64,000 nt of DNA from NCBI GenBank assembly GCA_012295275.1, contig CM022676.1, positions 6,014,001 to 6,078,000 on the forward strand, in the 5' to 3' direction. Made by a program: the position numbers and the translations under genes. Below, piece after piece: positions 13,972-27,090 of this stretch. Origin of the DNA: Chrysomallon squamiferum (lineage: Eukaryota; Animalia; Mollusca). Within the stretch, counting starts at the first letter, position 1; each line of letters starts with the position of its first letter. The notes under the pieces are model-generated. The model did not search any database, was not told where the DNA came from, and was given only the letters and a program-made list of their open reading frames with translations.

Positions 13972-14745
13972 TTCTTCTTACACAAGAGAGTTCCACAGAT
14001 TATTTCAAATATGTTAAACAGAAAGTAGCATTATCTAGACTGTGTTCACGTCAGTGTGTTAAACAGAAAGTAGCATATCTAGACTGTGTTCACGTCAGTG
14101 TGTTAAACAGAAAGTAGCATTATATAGACTGTGTTCGTGTCAGTGTGTTAAACAGAAAGTAGCATTATCTAGACTGTGTTCACGTCAGTGTGTTAAACAG
14201 AAAGTAGCATATCTAGACTGTGTTCATGTCAGATTGAGAATATCCTAGTGAAGCTGTATGTTGTATGTATACTGCTTACACAAGAAAGTTCCACAGATTA
14301 TTTCAAATATGTTAAACAGAAAGTAGCATTATCTAGACTGTGTTCATGTCAGTGTGTTAAACAGAAAGTAGCATATCTAGACTGTGTTCACGTCAGTGTG
14401 TTAAACAGAAAGTAGCATATCTAGACTGTGTTCATGTCAGTGTGTTAAACAGAATATCCTAGTGAACTGTGTTATGTATGTAGTGTGTTAAACAAAAGAG
14501 CATTATCTAGACTGTTTTAAACAAATGTGTTAAACAGAAAGTAGCATTATCTAGACTGTGTTCATGTCAGATTGAGAATATCCTAGTGAAGATGTATGTG
14601 TGTATACTTCTTACACAAGAAAGTTCCACAGATTATTTCAAATATGTTAAACAGAAAGTAGCATTATCTAGACTGTGTTCATGTCAGTGTGTTAAACAGA
14701 AAGTAGCCTATCTAGCCTGTGTTCATGTCAGATTGAGAATATTCT
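13972..14745. repeat. 43-44 bp minisatellite nested in a ~300 bp higher-order unit
   Basis: GTTAAACAGAAAGTAGCA(T)TATCTAGACTGTGTTCAYGTCAG repeated more than 10 times; leader CTTACACAAGARAGTTCCACAGATTATTTCAAATAT at about 13977, 14275 and 14610. Confidence 0.95.
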
Positions 14746-14939
14746 GGGGGAAATGTATGGGTATCATAATATATGTGATTATGTGTGCATGTGTTAATGT
14801 GTGTGTGTGTGGGGGGGTGTTTAAGTATGTATATCTGAAAGGGCATGTTTGAAAATATGTATATGAATGTATGTATTTTATATGTATTTATATATCTATG
14901 TATGTGTGTAGGCATATATTTTTTATAATTCTGTCAGTA

Positions 14940-15129
14940 TACATCATGTCACATTTAAACAATTAACTACAAGATACTGTGTCCAGATTTGATCCTCAGT
15001 CCTGTCTATGCCTAAAGCTAGGTCTTAACCAGCGGAATGTGTTTGTGAGTGTATTGTGACTACTTCCTTTTGGATATCTTTTTGTTTTTCTTATTTTTCT
15101 TTTCATCAGACTGTTATCTATATCTCTCC

Positions 15130-15164
<35 letters not shown>

Positions 15165-15348
15165 TATATATATATACACATATACATATACATACACCAC
15201 ACACATCTTTCCAGCAGACTGTAAAAAAGGTCTTGTACACATCATGTCACATTTACACAATTAACTACAACATACTGTGTCCAGATTTGATCCCCAGTCC
15301 TGCCCATGCTGGAAAACCTAGGTTTTACTTAACCAGTGGAATGTGTGT
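14940..15348. repeat. ~105 bp direct duplication spaced ~300 bp
   Basis: ACATCATGTCACATTTAMACAATTAACTACAASATACTGTGTCCAGATTTGATCC at 14941 and 15239. Confidence 0.9.
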
Positions 15349-15825
15349 TAGACATTTTCATGGCAGCTTAGAAGGGCTAGACTATTCTGACATATCTGCA
15401 ATCTGCAAAGAGGCAGGAAAACAACTGATTGGCTGTTTTTTTGTAAACAAGACTCCCAAGACTGGAGAGTCGCAGACAAGGGAGATAAGCCGGTGGGTGT
15501 TTTTGTTTCAGCAGAAAACAGGAGATTTATAATGTCACTGGCTAGATTATATGTGGGAGTCTTGATTTTGAGAAAAGATTTTGTAAATAAACAGAAAGGA
15601 GTCTGAAATGTTTTTGCATGGTTTAATCTTTTCGGATGAGTGAAAAGCGAAAGAATTTTGTTGAAAAATGTTAATATTCTTGAATGGTGTTGTTGTTGTT
15701 GTTGGATTCGTTTTGGTTCCTTGTAATTAGTTCTCTTTTCTCTGCTTTTCCCAATCCAACTCATAACCAGGAAGTATGGGTTTGTGTCTGTGTAAATGTG
15801 TATATATATATATATATATATATAG

Positions 15826-15862
<37 letters not shown>

Positions 15863-16592
15863 GGATTAATGTATGAGCATATATATATACATATATATTC
15901 TTAAAATAAACATTTTATTCTGAAATGGATTTAAAAATATAAAATTTAAAAAAAACAAACAAACCACCTAACAGTTCCTCTATCAAGATTCGATCCAACA
16001 ACCCTCCGCGCCCAATCTCAAGTTGAGACTGCGTGTTTTACCGTTTCACTCTGGAATGGTGTCTGCCGCTTGTTCCCTGCCACTTTATAGGTGGCAGCCA
16101 CTTTACCTAGCTGAGTCTGAAACGTACAGACAGCCCAAAGTGTTAATGACACTTGTACTAGCAGACAGAAGTACGCGGTGAGAAGTAACAGCTCAAACAA
16201 CCCTAACACTGTTATTACAGAAGCCATTTTCTCTCCGCGAACTTGTTGATCTTCTCCACTTGAAGAGCTTCCAGCAGTGTTAGATAACTCCCGATCCGAC
16301 GAAATGCTTGACAGTGTTTTCTTTTGTGTTTGTTGGTGTGTGTGTGTGTGTTAGTTTTTGGGTCTTTTTGTTATTTTTGTTAATTATTTTTTTTTATTTT
16401 TTTTTTTTTATTTATGTATTATTTATTTTTTTATATATATATATTTTTTATTTTTTGATTTTTTGATTTATTGATTTATTTATTTGTAGTGATTTCTGGA
16501 CATGTTTCTCTCCTGATTTTACTAGTTTCAAAGTTTAATTATAATTATTTTATCAATTATTTTATGTACATACACTCGCATACACAAACAGT

Positions 16593-16641
<49 letters not shown>

Positions 16642-16644
16642 ACA

Positions 16645-16870
16645 TGACCAGATTCAGCATCATACCTCCACAATGCACCCATTAGAGACTATTTACCCAT
16701 TCCAATCTGTGCTCCGTGACTGGTTGATCAAAAGCTGAGTTTGTAATCTTCCTGTTTGCGGGATGGTAAACACAAAAGATTACTTATTGCTATTTCATTA
16801 TCTGTATGGTTCACAAATTGCTGATTAAATGTAACACTGAGCATGGTAATTTAACAAAAACATTTCTTCT
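16645..16870 (+). mobile_element. Degenerate SINE-like fragment (MetaSINE-type central domain, recognised from memory)
   Basis: TTCCAATCTGTGCTCCGTGACTGGTTGATCAAAAG...CCTGTTTGCGGGATGGTAAACACAAAAGATTACTTATTGCTA aligns by eye with the reverse complement of 45245-45420 and with 24490-24535. The family name is from recall, not a search. Confidence 0.6.
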
Positions 16871-17861
16871 GTATTGTTCCTAAAAGTGCTGAGAGTTTGT
16901 TTGTTCTAAAACATTTTGTAAAAGAATACAACATTATCTAATGATCTTGATTCTGTCATTAAAAGAATGTCAAAGAACAAAAAAAAAAAACATGTTTTCA
17001 AAATAACAAAGACACAAAATTTCATTTTAGAATCTGACCTAAGTGCGGACACATATTTTTGAGAAACTAGGTCGCACGAATACCACCAACATTTTCGCCC
17101 AAAATTTTCAAAAATCTTTTTCACTTTCTGGACTGTCAGAATCTTGGCTCCATGAGATTTGGCAGAGTTTTGTTTCCAATCAGAGGAATTTTTATCATGT
17201 TTTAAATATTTTTAAACTTGTTTGAGCACAAAATTCCTTTTTTTTTTTTTTTTTTTTCTTTACACATTTTCTAAACAGAAGAAAAACTCCTGGTGTTCAT
17301 GTCAGAATTGAGACTGAGTCAGTTCTTGTTTTTCATTTCTTCAATTACTGCCTTGTTCAACAGAGATGGATATTCGAGGCTTTGAGAATAATTGTTAGTT
17401 GTTAAGAAAGCATTATTGTAATTTGAACAGCACTTTACCTGTCTGCGGAGTTACTTACCTTGTTAATAACTTGTAGCAACAATCGCTGGCTTGTTTTGTT
17501 GGTCTGTGAGAACAGTTTTTTTTTTTTTCTTTCTTATGTATTTTTTTTTTTTTTTTTTTTTGTCAATTTTTTTCTTTCTTTTTCGTTTTTTTGTGTTTTT
17601 TTCTTCTTTCTTTTTTTTTTTTTGCTTCTTTATTTTTTTTTGTATTTTTTTCTTATACATTTTTAATAATTTTGTTTAAACTTTAATTTTTTTTTCTATT
17701 TTAAAATTTTAATTTTCTTTTTTTTTTTTTTTTTTTTAAAGTTTAATTTAATTTTTTTTTTTTTTTTTTTTTAAATTTGTTTTGTCTATTTTCAGTCTAT
17801 TTTTAGAGTCTTTATTTTTATTTTTATCCTTTTCTTTTTCATGCCTTTATTTTTAAATTGA

Positions 17862-17895
<34 letters not shown>

Positions 17896-18557
17896 TTTTT
17901 TTTTATCGGGGTTTTTTTCCCTCTTTTTTCTTCTTTCTTTCTTTCTCTTTCTCACTTCTGTTTTTATTTTTTTTAAATTGTATTCTGAAAGAAAAAAAAA
18001 AAAAAAAGCTAAGGCAGGGGTTTCCATTATTTATCTCTGTCAGACATTTTGTTTGGGTTTTTTAGTAATGAAGATTAATGCTCTCAGCTTTTTTCTTTCT
18101 CTTCTCAACTTTTGTGTGTTTATTTTACTTGAAAAAAAAATTTAAAAAAATTATTTGTGTTTTTTAAATCTGAAACAACAGTCTATAAGCAATCCTTAAC
18201 AAGTTTTTGAAACGGAATGAAAATATCATTAACCCAGTTACACTAATATCAAAAATCACTGTAGGTTGTTTTTTTTTGAGAAGAATTTTATTGGAAATTT
18301 TTTTTTTTTTTAAATTCCTTTTAGGACAATTTTTTTGTATAATGAAAACATTATTAATCCAATTTTGATAATAACGAAAATCCTTGTGGGTTAATTTTTT
18401 TTTTTTTTTTTTGAGAAAATGTTATGAAACAAGATGAAAATGTTATTAACAACATTTTTATTCATGTAAAATTGTCCACATATGTTTGTGTTTGTATATA
18501 TGTGGGTTTATATTGGTTATACATTTTTTTTTTAAATTATTTATGTTTTATAAATTA

Positions 18558-18671
18558 TACTAATGTTTGTTTTTTGTTTTGTTTTTTCAGGTAAGTGAAA
18601 AATGAGTTTTCAGACCAAACTTTATCTATCAATTGCTTTCATCTGCCATTTTCACCTTCTGAAAGGTTTGT
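18558..18671 (+). other. Candidate recursive splice site (ratchet point) 1 with cryptic RS-exon 18591-18665
   Basis: Branch-point match TACTAAT 18558-18564, T-rich tract 18566-18587, CAG 18588-18590 directly followed by GTAAGT 18591-18596. Second donor AAG|GTTTGT at 18665/18666. The 75-nt interval has early stops in all three frames. Confidence 0.6.
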
Positions 18672-18849
18672 GATATTATATTAGTTTTTAGTTTTTTTAT
18701 ACTTTTCATATTAGATGTGCTTAATTATTTGTGTTAATGTCAGTATGTGTTTCTCTCTGTATGTTTGTGTATGTCTACATATCTCTGTATGTATGTATGG
18801 ATGTATTTGTATGAATGAAATATACTGGAGTATGAAAGTATATTATGTA

Positions 18850-18920
<71 letters not shown>

Positions 18921-19731
18921 ACATATATTATCTGTGTGTCTGTGTTTATGTATATTTTAATAATTCTGAGTGCAATTTTTCGTATTTTTATGGCCGAATT
19001 TGCTATATAAATGTTTAAGAAGTCTTTTTCAATTAAGGTACAAATAACTTTAAGAAAAAGAAGAAGAAATATAGGACTTCTAGGCAGAATAATAAAATTA
19101 AGATGAAAGAAAAATTAGATAACATGTTAAGAAATAATGAATAAGAACAAAGAAAAAAGTCTAAATATGAAAAGAAGAATTAATTTTAAATTTTTTTTTT
19201 TTATTAATTTGTAAAATAAGCAATAGCTACTACACATCAAAGAAAATCTGAGATTTTTTTTCTAAAGATAAGAAGAAAAAAATCTATATTGAAAAATTAA
19301 GATATATTATAAAACTAATTATATAAATAACAAAGAACTGAATAAACTTTTCACCACCCACAGTAAAAAAAAAAAAAAAAAAATTAATATAATATATAAA
19401 TAAATGAACAGATTAATTAATTAATTAATTAATTAAAAAAAAAAAAGAAGTACAGAAATTAAAAATTAAGAAACAAAATACAAAGAAAAAAAACTTTGGC
19501 TAAGATAAAGGAATAAAAAAGAAAGAGGTTAAAACTAAAATTAAAAGCTGGAAAAAAAAATTAAATAAAAAAATGGATGCTGAAAAACTGTTGCCAGTAT
19601 TTGGCACTTAACAAAGGTGAAAATAGAAAAATTCATTTTGACAACCCCCAAAAAAAAAGTTTAAAGAAAAAAAAAAAGAAAAAAAATATATATAAAGAAA
19701 GAAAAATTAAGAAAAAAAAAATATAAAGAAA

Positions 19732-19780
<49 letters not shown>

Positions 19781-20186
19781 AAAAAAAAAAAGTAAAAAAA
19801 ATATAGCAAAACGTATTTTAAAAAAAGATTCAAACAAAAAAAAGAACAGAAAAAAAAAAGCCTGACATGTTGGTATGTTTCCATCTTGTATACCTCACTG
19901 ATATTATTTCACAAGACTGTCACTTTTAGAAGCTTCCTGATAAACTTTGAACACTATGCACAGGTTTCTGTCTTTAGAATACTTCTTCCATGTATACAGC
20001 TCCCTCTAATGGCCAACTGCAGTAACTGGATCAGATAAAACTAAAATACGTTTTAGAATACTTCGCAGAGTCCATTGCTTGTGTTAAAAAGAGAAAAGAA
20101 TGTGTGTGTGTGTATATATGTATATATTTTATTATTATTATTATTATTATTACTACTACTATTATATTATTATTATTATTTTATTA

Positions 20187-20233
<47 letters not shown>

Positions 20234-22006
20234 TTATTATTTTTTTGTTGTTGTTGTTACTATGAAAACTGTAGCTATAATGATTTAAAAAATTATCTTA
20301 TTACACTTTAATACACACTTCGGTACATTTTGTTTTAGTGGAGATCAGCCTTTCTTGATAATAAAGTATATGTCCATATTTGATATTTTAAACAGAGCAC
20401 ATAAACACATTTTCTTTATTTTCAAATAACTTTTATTTATTTATTTTTTTAAAAGTGTATTTGACTAGTAAAACAAATTACAAAATACATTTTTAATTAT
20501 AGAGATAAATCTTTGTTAATAATAAAGGATATATATATATATATATATATAATTTTCTTTTTTTTTTGTAATTTTTTTTGGTGGGGCAGGAGAGTTTGTA
20601 AATTTTCAAGTAACTGTTTTATTATTTATTTTCTAAAAATGTACCAAAAATATAAAACAACTAGCAAAATTTTTTTTTTTTTTGTTTAAGAACATCAGTC
20701 TTGTAACAAAATATATCCTTAACTTTGATGATTCAGACAAAGACAGTTTGTATATCTTCAAATGACCATTTTATTCTTCTTAAAGAAACAAAAATCATTT
20801 CTCAATCTGTCAGCATGTCTTTTTTTTTTTTTTTAAAAAGCATGTACACCACACTTTTATTTTATAAAACTGTTCTAAAGTTTATTTTCAAGATGTCTTT
20901 CCTCCATAAAGATTGAAATCTGGAAAAAAAAAATAAATAAAATGTCTGACCCCCAACAGTTGCACCCATTTTGCTGTAATTGCTTGATAAAGTGAAAAAT
21001 TGTCTTTTAACAGGATTTTTTTTTTCACAGCTGAAATGTTAGTTTTTTGCCTGACAGTCAAGAATTATAAATGTAGAAATCCCAGTGGGGGTGGGTGGGA
21101 CATATGGGTGTGTGTGCCCTCCACCCCTCTAGGGCATTAAAAAAAAAAAAAAAAAAAAAAATGTAATAACTAATATTTTATATAGTATGCATCATATAGA
21201 CGATGTTTTTAAAAACAGTTCTTATCTCTGTGTGTAATATGTAATCAGATTTCTCACACATTTTAAAAAGATAACTGCTGACTACTGGGTATGTATGTAT
21301 ATATATATTCATGGGGACTGTGTTTAATTTCAAACTCTTACCATATACCCCCTTTTTATCAAGTGCAATATTTATAATGAATGCTCCCCCCCCCCGGGCA
21401 GGTGTGGAAACGTATCTCAATGACTGCTCCCTTAATCAGATGACCCTTCGCTTTACGCTGTCTGATAGAACTTTCTTTATTGTCAACACATGTTGGTGTG
21501 GTTTTGGCTCTCGGTAAACTCTGGCATGAAAAGAGTTTTTATTGCAGTTGATAACCCACTTCAGACTTTTTTTTATCTCAAACTGTTGAGTTTTAGTGTT
21601 TTTGGGTCTTGTTTTGGGGTGGGGTGGGGGTGTTGGTGGGGGTGGGGGGTGAGGATAGTGGTGTTTTATGATGAGGTGTGTAGTAGGTTTAATTTTCAGT
21701 AAGTTTTTTTTTTTTTAAATGTAAGATATCTGCAGACATACATATTTATATAAATATATATTTATAAATACATGCAAACATATATACATATACAAACGTA
21801 TATGCACAAATACAAAGATATACAAACATACATACATACATACACACATACACACACACACACACACATACATACACAGATACAAACACATCTATATAAA
21901 CATACCATAAGTAAATGCGTACATACATAGAACATACATACATACATACATACATACATACATACACATACACATACACCTATATACACAATCATATGTT
22001 TTTCTA

Positions 22007-22111
<105 letters not shown>

Positions 22112-22551
22112 GTCTCTCTCTACCACACACTGGTTATAAAAGCGTGCGTTCCAGCCTTTGTATAAAAAGATAACACATTTGTAATTCAAATGTTTGTTTA
22201 ATTTGAGTGCAGAATCAGCTAACATCTACAGCGTTTCCAGCTGTCTGTGTTTACTACTACATCATCCGCCAAGACGGCATTCAGGAAATGAGAGAGACAA
22301 CATGTCATTGCACAGTGGTTAAGTCTGCTTGTTTGAATGTTAAGAGTTTGTTTGTTTGTTTTCCATGTGTGTCTGTGCATTTATTTAATAGGTATGTTAA
22401 TACTGTTTGTATTAAACATCCATAACATATTTGTAGATATGTATCATGTTTGTAAAATGTCAGTATATGGTGAATGTTAATACGCAGGTATGCTGAAAAT
22501 ATGCTGTTGTTCGTATACACACACACACACACACACACAGACACACACGTG

Positions 22552-22584
<33 letters not shown>

Positions 22585-22928
22585 ATGTGCATATATATAT
22601 ATAATATATAATATATAAACAGAAATATATTCAGATAGACATTTGGATACACTGGAGAAAAAACATGCAGTATAAAATGAAAACTTGTTTGAGAAAATAG
22701 TAGCAGTAGTAGGAGTAGTATTATTATTATTATTATGAGGAGTTGTTGTAGTAGTAGTAATATTAGCATAAGAAGCTGCAGTAGTAGTAGTAGTAGAAAT
22801 ACTGGTAATAGCAGCATCATAATAATGATACCTTTATGACTACTACTGCCAATAATAATAATAATAACAATAGTAACAATATAACAATAGCAATATTAAT
22901 GATAACCACAAAAACAGTAATAACAACA

Positions 22929-22996
<68 letters not shown>

Positions 22997-23745
22997 TAAA
23001 CAGCAAAGACAAGGAGGTGAGAACAATTTATTAGTGTACACCCCAGAACTTGTTTCTACCATTCGCTGAATCTTTGAACGCCTTAATTTATTACTTTTAA
23101 ATCTTCTGCCCTTAAAACACTACGTGGCAGCATTTTAATTTCGCTCTTATCGAGAAGCAAATGCACATGCAAATGCACCTGCAATAAATTAATCTGAAAT
23201 ATTGTGCTCGTTTGTATGCAAATTAAAAAAAAAACCTCGGAGAGGAATGCAATAAAATTCAGTTACGTTTCAACTGCCAGTGATACTACACACATTTTAT
23301 CTTATCTCTGCTCAGGCAGGGTGTAATGAAGTGGATTTGTGGCCCACCCAGCGAAATAAACTGCTGATATATTCGCCTGTGACATAACATGGTTATTTTC
23401 TACTCGTTGATACAACATGGTTGTATCTTCTAAAACCCACTTTAGTAAACACGATAGGGTATCGAGTGACGTAATGTGGTTGTGTCGAGCAAGTGATAGA
23501 ATATGTCGTATCTTGCGTTTCGGTATAACAGGTTGTGGTTGTATCCAGTGATATAATATGGTTGTATCCACCCAGTGACATAAACATATAATATGGCTGC
23601 ATCAAGGGTTTTATGTGGCTTAACCCAACAAATGATATTATATAGACTAAGAATGAACATAATTTAAATTATATGATTTTATGTTTTCATGAACTTAAAT
23701 TTAATTTAATTTACACTAAAAAAATAATATTATTTGAGTTATATG

Positions 23746-23955
23746 ATATGATTTAAAAAAAATCTTTTCATAATGAAATTATAAATATTACTAGACACAA
23801 AATACTTAAATTTTCCCTATAAACTGAATTATTACAATAAAACCAAAATATATGATTTAAAATAAATCTTTTCATTATGAAATTATAAATATTACTAGAC
23901 ACAAAATACCTAAATTTTCCCTATAAACTGAATTAGTTCAATAAAACCAAAATAT
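23746..23955. repeat. Near-perfect tandem duplication of ~104 bp
   Basis: ATGAAATTATAAATATTACTAGACACAAAATACYTAAATTTTCCCTATAAACTGAATTA appears twice in tandem. Confidence 0.95.
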
Positions 23956-24369
23956 TTAAAAAAAAACAACATTTATTATGAATATCACAAATACCTGTAC
24001 TACACCCGAAAACTCAAAAAAGGTAACAAAATTTCAGTAATTACGGGTGTTTAATTTGACACGTTTATTGACAGACACACAATACCTGTGTTTTTTTTTT
24101 CTCACCTGTTGACCCAGATTTACACCTGAGGTTAATTACAAATCTTGCACCCAAGTCCTATGACACTAATTTAGCAATAAATTGTCTGTATTGTGTGACG
24201 CAGTTTATTGCATGATCTAGCATAAATATTTTCGTTATTTAACATTCTTGAACTGCGGTTGGGGTCCAAAACACAGAAACATTAACACACTTACGTTCAG
24301 TTTTGTATTAAGGTACACGAAGGTATGTGCTATAGGTCAGTGCTATAGGTCAGTGCTATAGGTCAGTGA

Positions 24370-24635
24370 TTTTAGGTGTGATGGGTCAAAAGATCAAATC
24401 TCCTCAGAGGATTTTTTTCATTCTTTTTCCTGCAATTTTTTTGTTCTCATATCATCCTGGTCAGTATTTATCAAAAGTTTTCAATTTTTGGGGGTGTTTA
24501 TGAGAAGGTAGATATGAAAGATCACTTGTTGCTAATTTAAAAAATGACTTTTTTTTTTTTTCAGTGTCTCTTTAATGTGTGATGCTGAGTAATCAGTAAT
24601 TAAAAATGTGTTGATAAAATGTTATTAAAAATATT
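24370..24635 (+). mobile_element. Highly degenerate copy of the same SINE-like element
   Basis: GTGTTTATGAGAAGGTAGATATGAAAGATCACTTGTTGCTAAT (about 24494-24536) matches the shared block of the other copies; 3' AAAATGTGTTGA...GTTATTAAAAATA resembles the tail. Confidence 0.45.
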
Positions 24636-24659
24636 GTGGAAAAGTTTATCAAATTATAA

Positions 24660-25325
24660 ATTTTTTGTTACTTTCAACAGCCAATAACTTTTTACAGAAA
24701 ATTAATTATTCATCAGGTCATAACTGTATTAAATGATAAAAACTCTTTTAACTGACAACTTTGTGTCATGTCTAGAGTTAGATATTTGACAATAAAAAAA
24801 ATTAAACAGTGCATTGTTGTGATGTCATTGAACAAAACTTTCTTTAAATAAAGTCTATATCATTAAAAAAAAAAAAAAAAAAAAAAAAGCATGTTTTACA
24901 TCCTGTAGCTCATGATAAAAAAATTAATCAAAATATTCATTAAATAATCAAAAAAAAAAACTTTCACTGCTGTCTGTCAGTGTCAATGATATATCATTGT
25001 TTTACATCTAATCCCTGACAATAAAAATATTAATATATTCTATTTAATCACTAAACAAAACTTTCTTTAATTAAAGCTATGATATAAAATAGGAAGTGTT
25101 TTGATATCCAGTTGCTGCTGATAAAACATTAATCAAAGTATCCTACTAGTGTCATTAAATAAAGAATAAGATATCAAAGCTTTACACTAAAAATCTGACA
25201 GAAAAAAAAAAAAAAAAATTTAATAAATAAGTTCTAGATAATCATTTATCAAAAATTTTCTTTAACCGAAAACTGTCATAAAATAATAAATATCTGACAT
25301 CCAATAGTTGATGATAATAAGAAAA
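24660..25325 (+). repeat. Degenerate tandem array (~100-120 bp) resembling a SINE 3' tail
   Basis: Recurring TGTTTTACATC/TGACATCCA...GATAAAA...ATTAATCAAA...GTCATT(G/A)AA...CAAAACTTTCTTTAA, directly downstream of the SINE-like copy at 24370-24635. Confidence 0.5.
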
Positions 25326-26219
25326 ATATTTAAAATTTTTATTTAATTACTATGATCCTATAAAATCTAAAACAAAACCTAGCATTTTATTTAAATAACA
25401 GAAGATTTGATATAATAACTGTATTTTATTTCACATGAAGCCGTTGAATACAGACGATATTCAACAGGGATTGGAGAGAGGGTGGAGAAAAAAAAGAGAA
25501 ATTACATCAAATCTTTCTCTATTAACTTGTCAAAACTTAAAACCAGGGCTTCGTCTCCTGCAACCAGCGCCGAGTTAGATTCAACATCTTAAGTTTCAAA
25601 TTGATGCAGACTCAGCTGCAGAAATCAAAGCCGATGTTGTCAATGTTGTCGTAATGATGCAATCCAGAACCACGAAAAATGCTGGCTTATCCGAGAACGA
25701 ATCTTGGGTCTGTGAATTTTAGCTGACACACTTAATTATGTCTTTGTCATTTCTGTACAGAAGTAAGCCAAAACTGAGCCACAATCTGAAAGAGTCTGTC
25801 TGTTCTAGAAGATGTGTTACGCTAGCAGTTAAATATGTCTGTGATATAATAATCAGTATTCATTGATGTGTGGTGGTTATCTACCCTGGCTGGAGTGCGT
25901 GCTAGTTATCTGCCCATAACACGTTCTGACAGATAGCCGTAATAGATTTTTGTTAGATCAGCTTTTGATGTAGCAATTTTTGGAAAACCAGTATGTAAAA
26001 TGTTGTAGATGTTAAATGAAATTGTTAGCAATGTTTAAAAATGTTAAAAGTTATTTATAAAAAGTAGTTAAAATTGTTAAATGAACTGTAGTGATAAATA
26101 ATCGACAAAATGTTTGGTCCTAATTGTTAAGTAAAGGAATTAGATTTTAGTTTAGTGTATTTTAAATATATAATTTTATTTGTCTATTCAAAATTATTTT
26201 GACATTTGCATGTATGCAT

Positions 26220-26267
<48 letters not shown>

Positions 26268-26445
26268 ATTAGATGCTTTATATTTAAACTATTTTTTTCA
26301 TGAACTTAACATCTAACTTTTTCAGATGATTACATTTATCTTTTTATCAATCTTTTCTTCTCTTTCATTCTTCTTTCTCTCTTGTTTCTCAATCATTTAC
26401 TTTAATTACACTTGATACTTTCATTCTGTCTCTCTTTTCCTTTTC

Positions 26446-26502
<57 letters not shown>

Positions 26503-26658
26503 ATCTCTCTCTCTCTCTCTCATCTCTCTCTCACACATTCTTCTTCTTATCCTTTCATCATACTTTACTTTGTTTAAAATTCATTACCAAAGGAAAAAAA
26601 ATCATTTTAAAACTTTTCTTCACACAACAAATGATGACAATCTAAAAAACTCAAATTT

Positions 26659-26699
<41 letters not shown>

Positions 26700-27010
26700 C
26701 CAACCTCTGACAGTAAATTACAATAATTCTGCAAGATCAACTTCAAGACTCATTTTCATTTATTCAACAATGTAAGCAATGCGTTAGCCAGTCACAACTA
26801 TTTCCCCCATTCACATGCAACCGCATTTCTCCGCTTTCTGGAAGTGATTTTACTTGTCCAAGTAATTACAAGAACGTCTCAAATCAACAGATTTTTCCCC
26901 TTTAAAAACCTTTTGCGTCAGGAATTTGAACCATCTCTCTCTCTCTCTCTCTCTCTGTCTCTGGCTCTCTCTCTCTGTGTGTGTCTCTCTATCTCTCTGT
27001 GTGTCTCTCT

Positions 27011-27090
<80 letters not shown>

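Noticed and set aside
19630-19860. A-rich tract as a retrocopy poly(A) tail
   Set aside because: No processed-gene body or target-site duplication; similar tracts are everywhere and may include homopolymer consensus errors.
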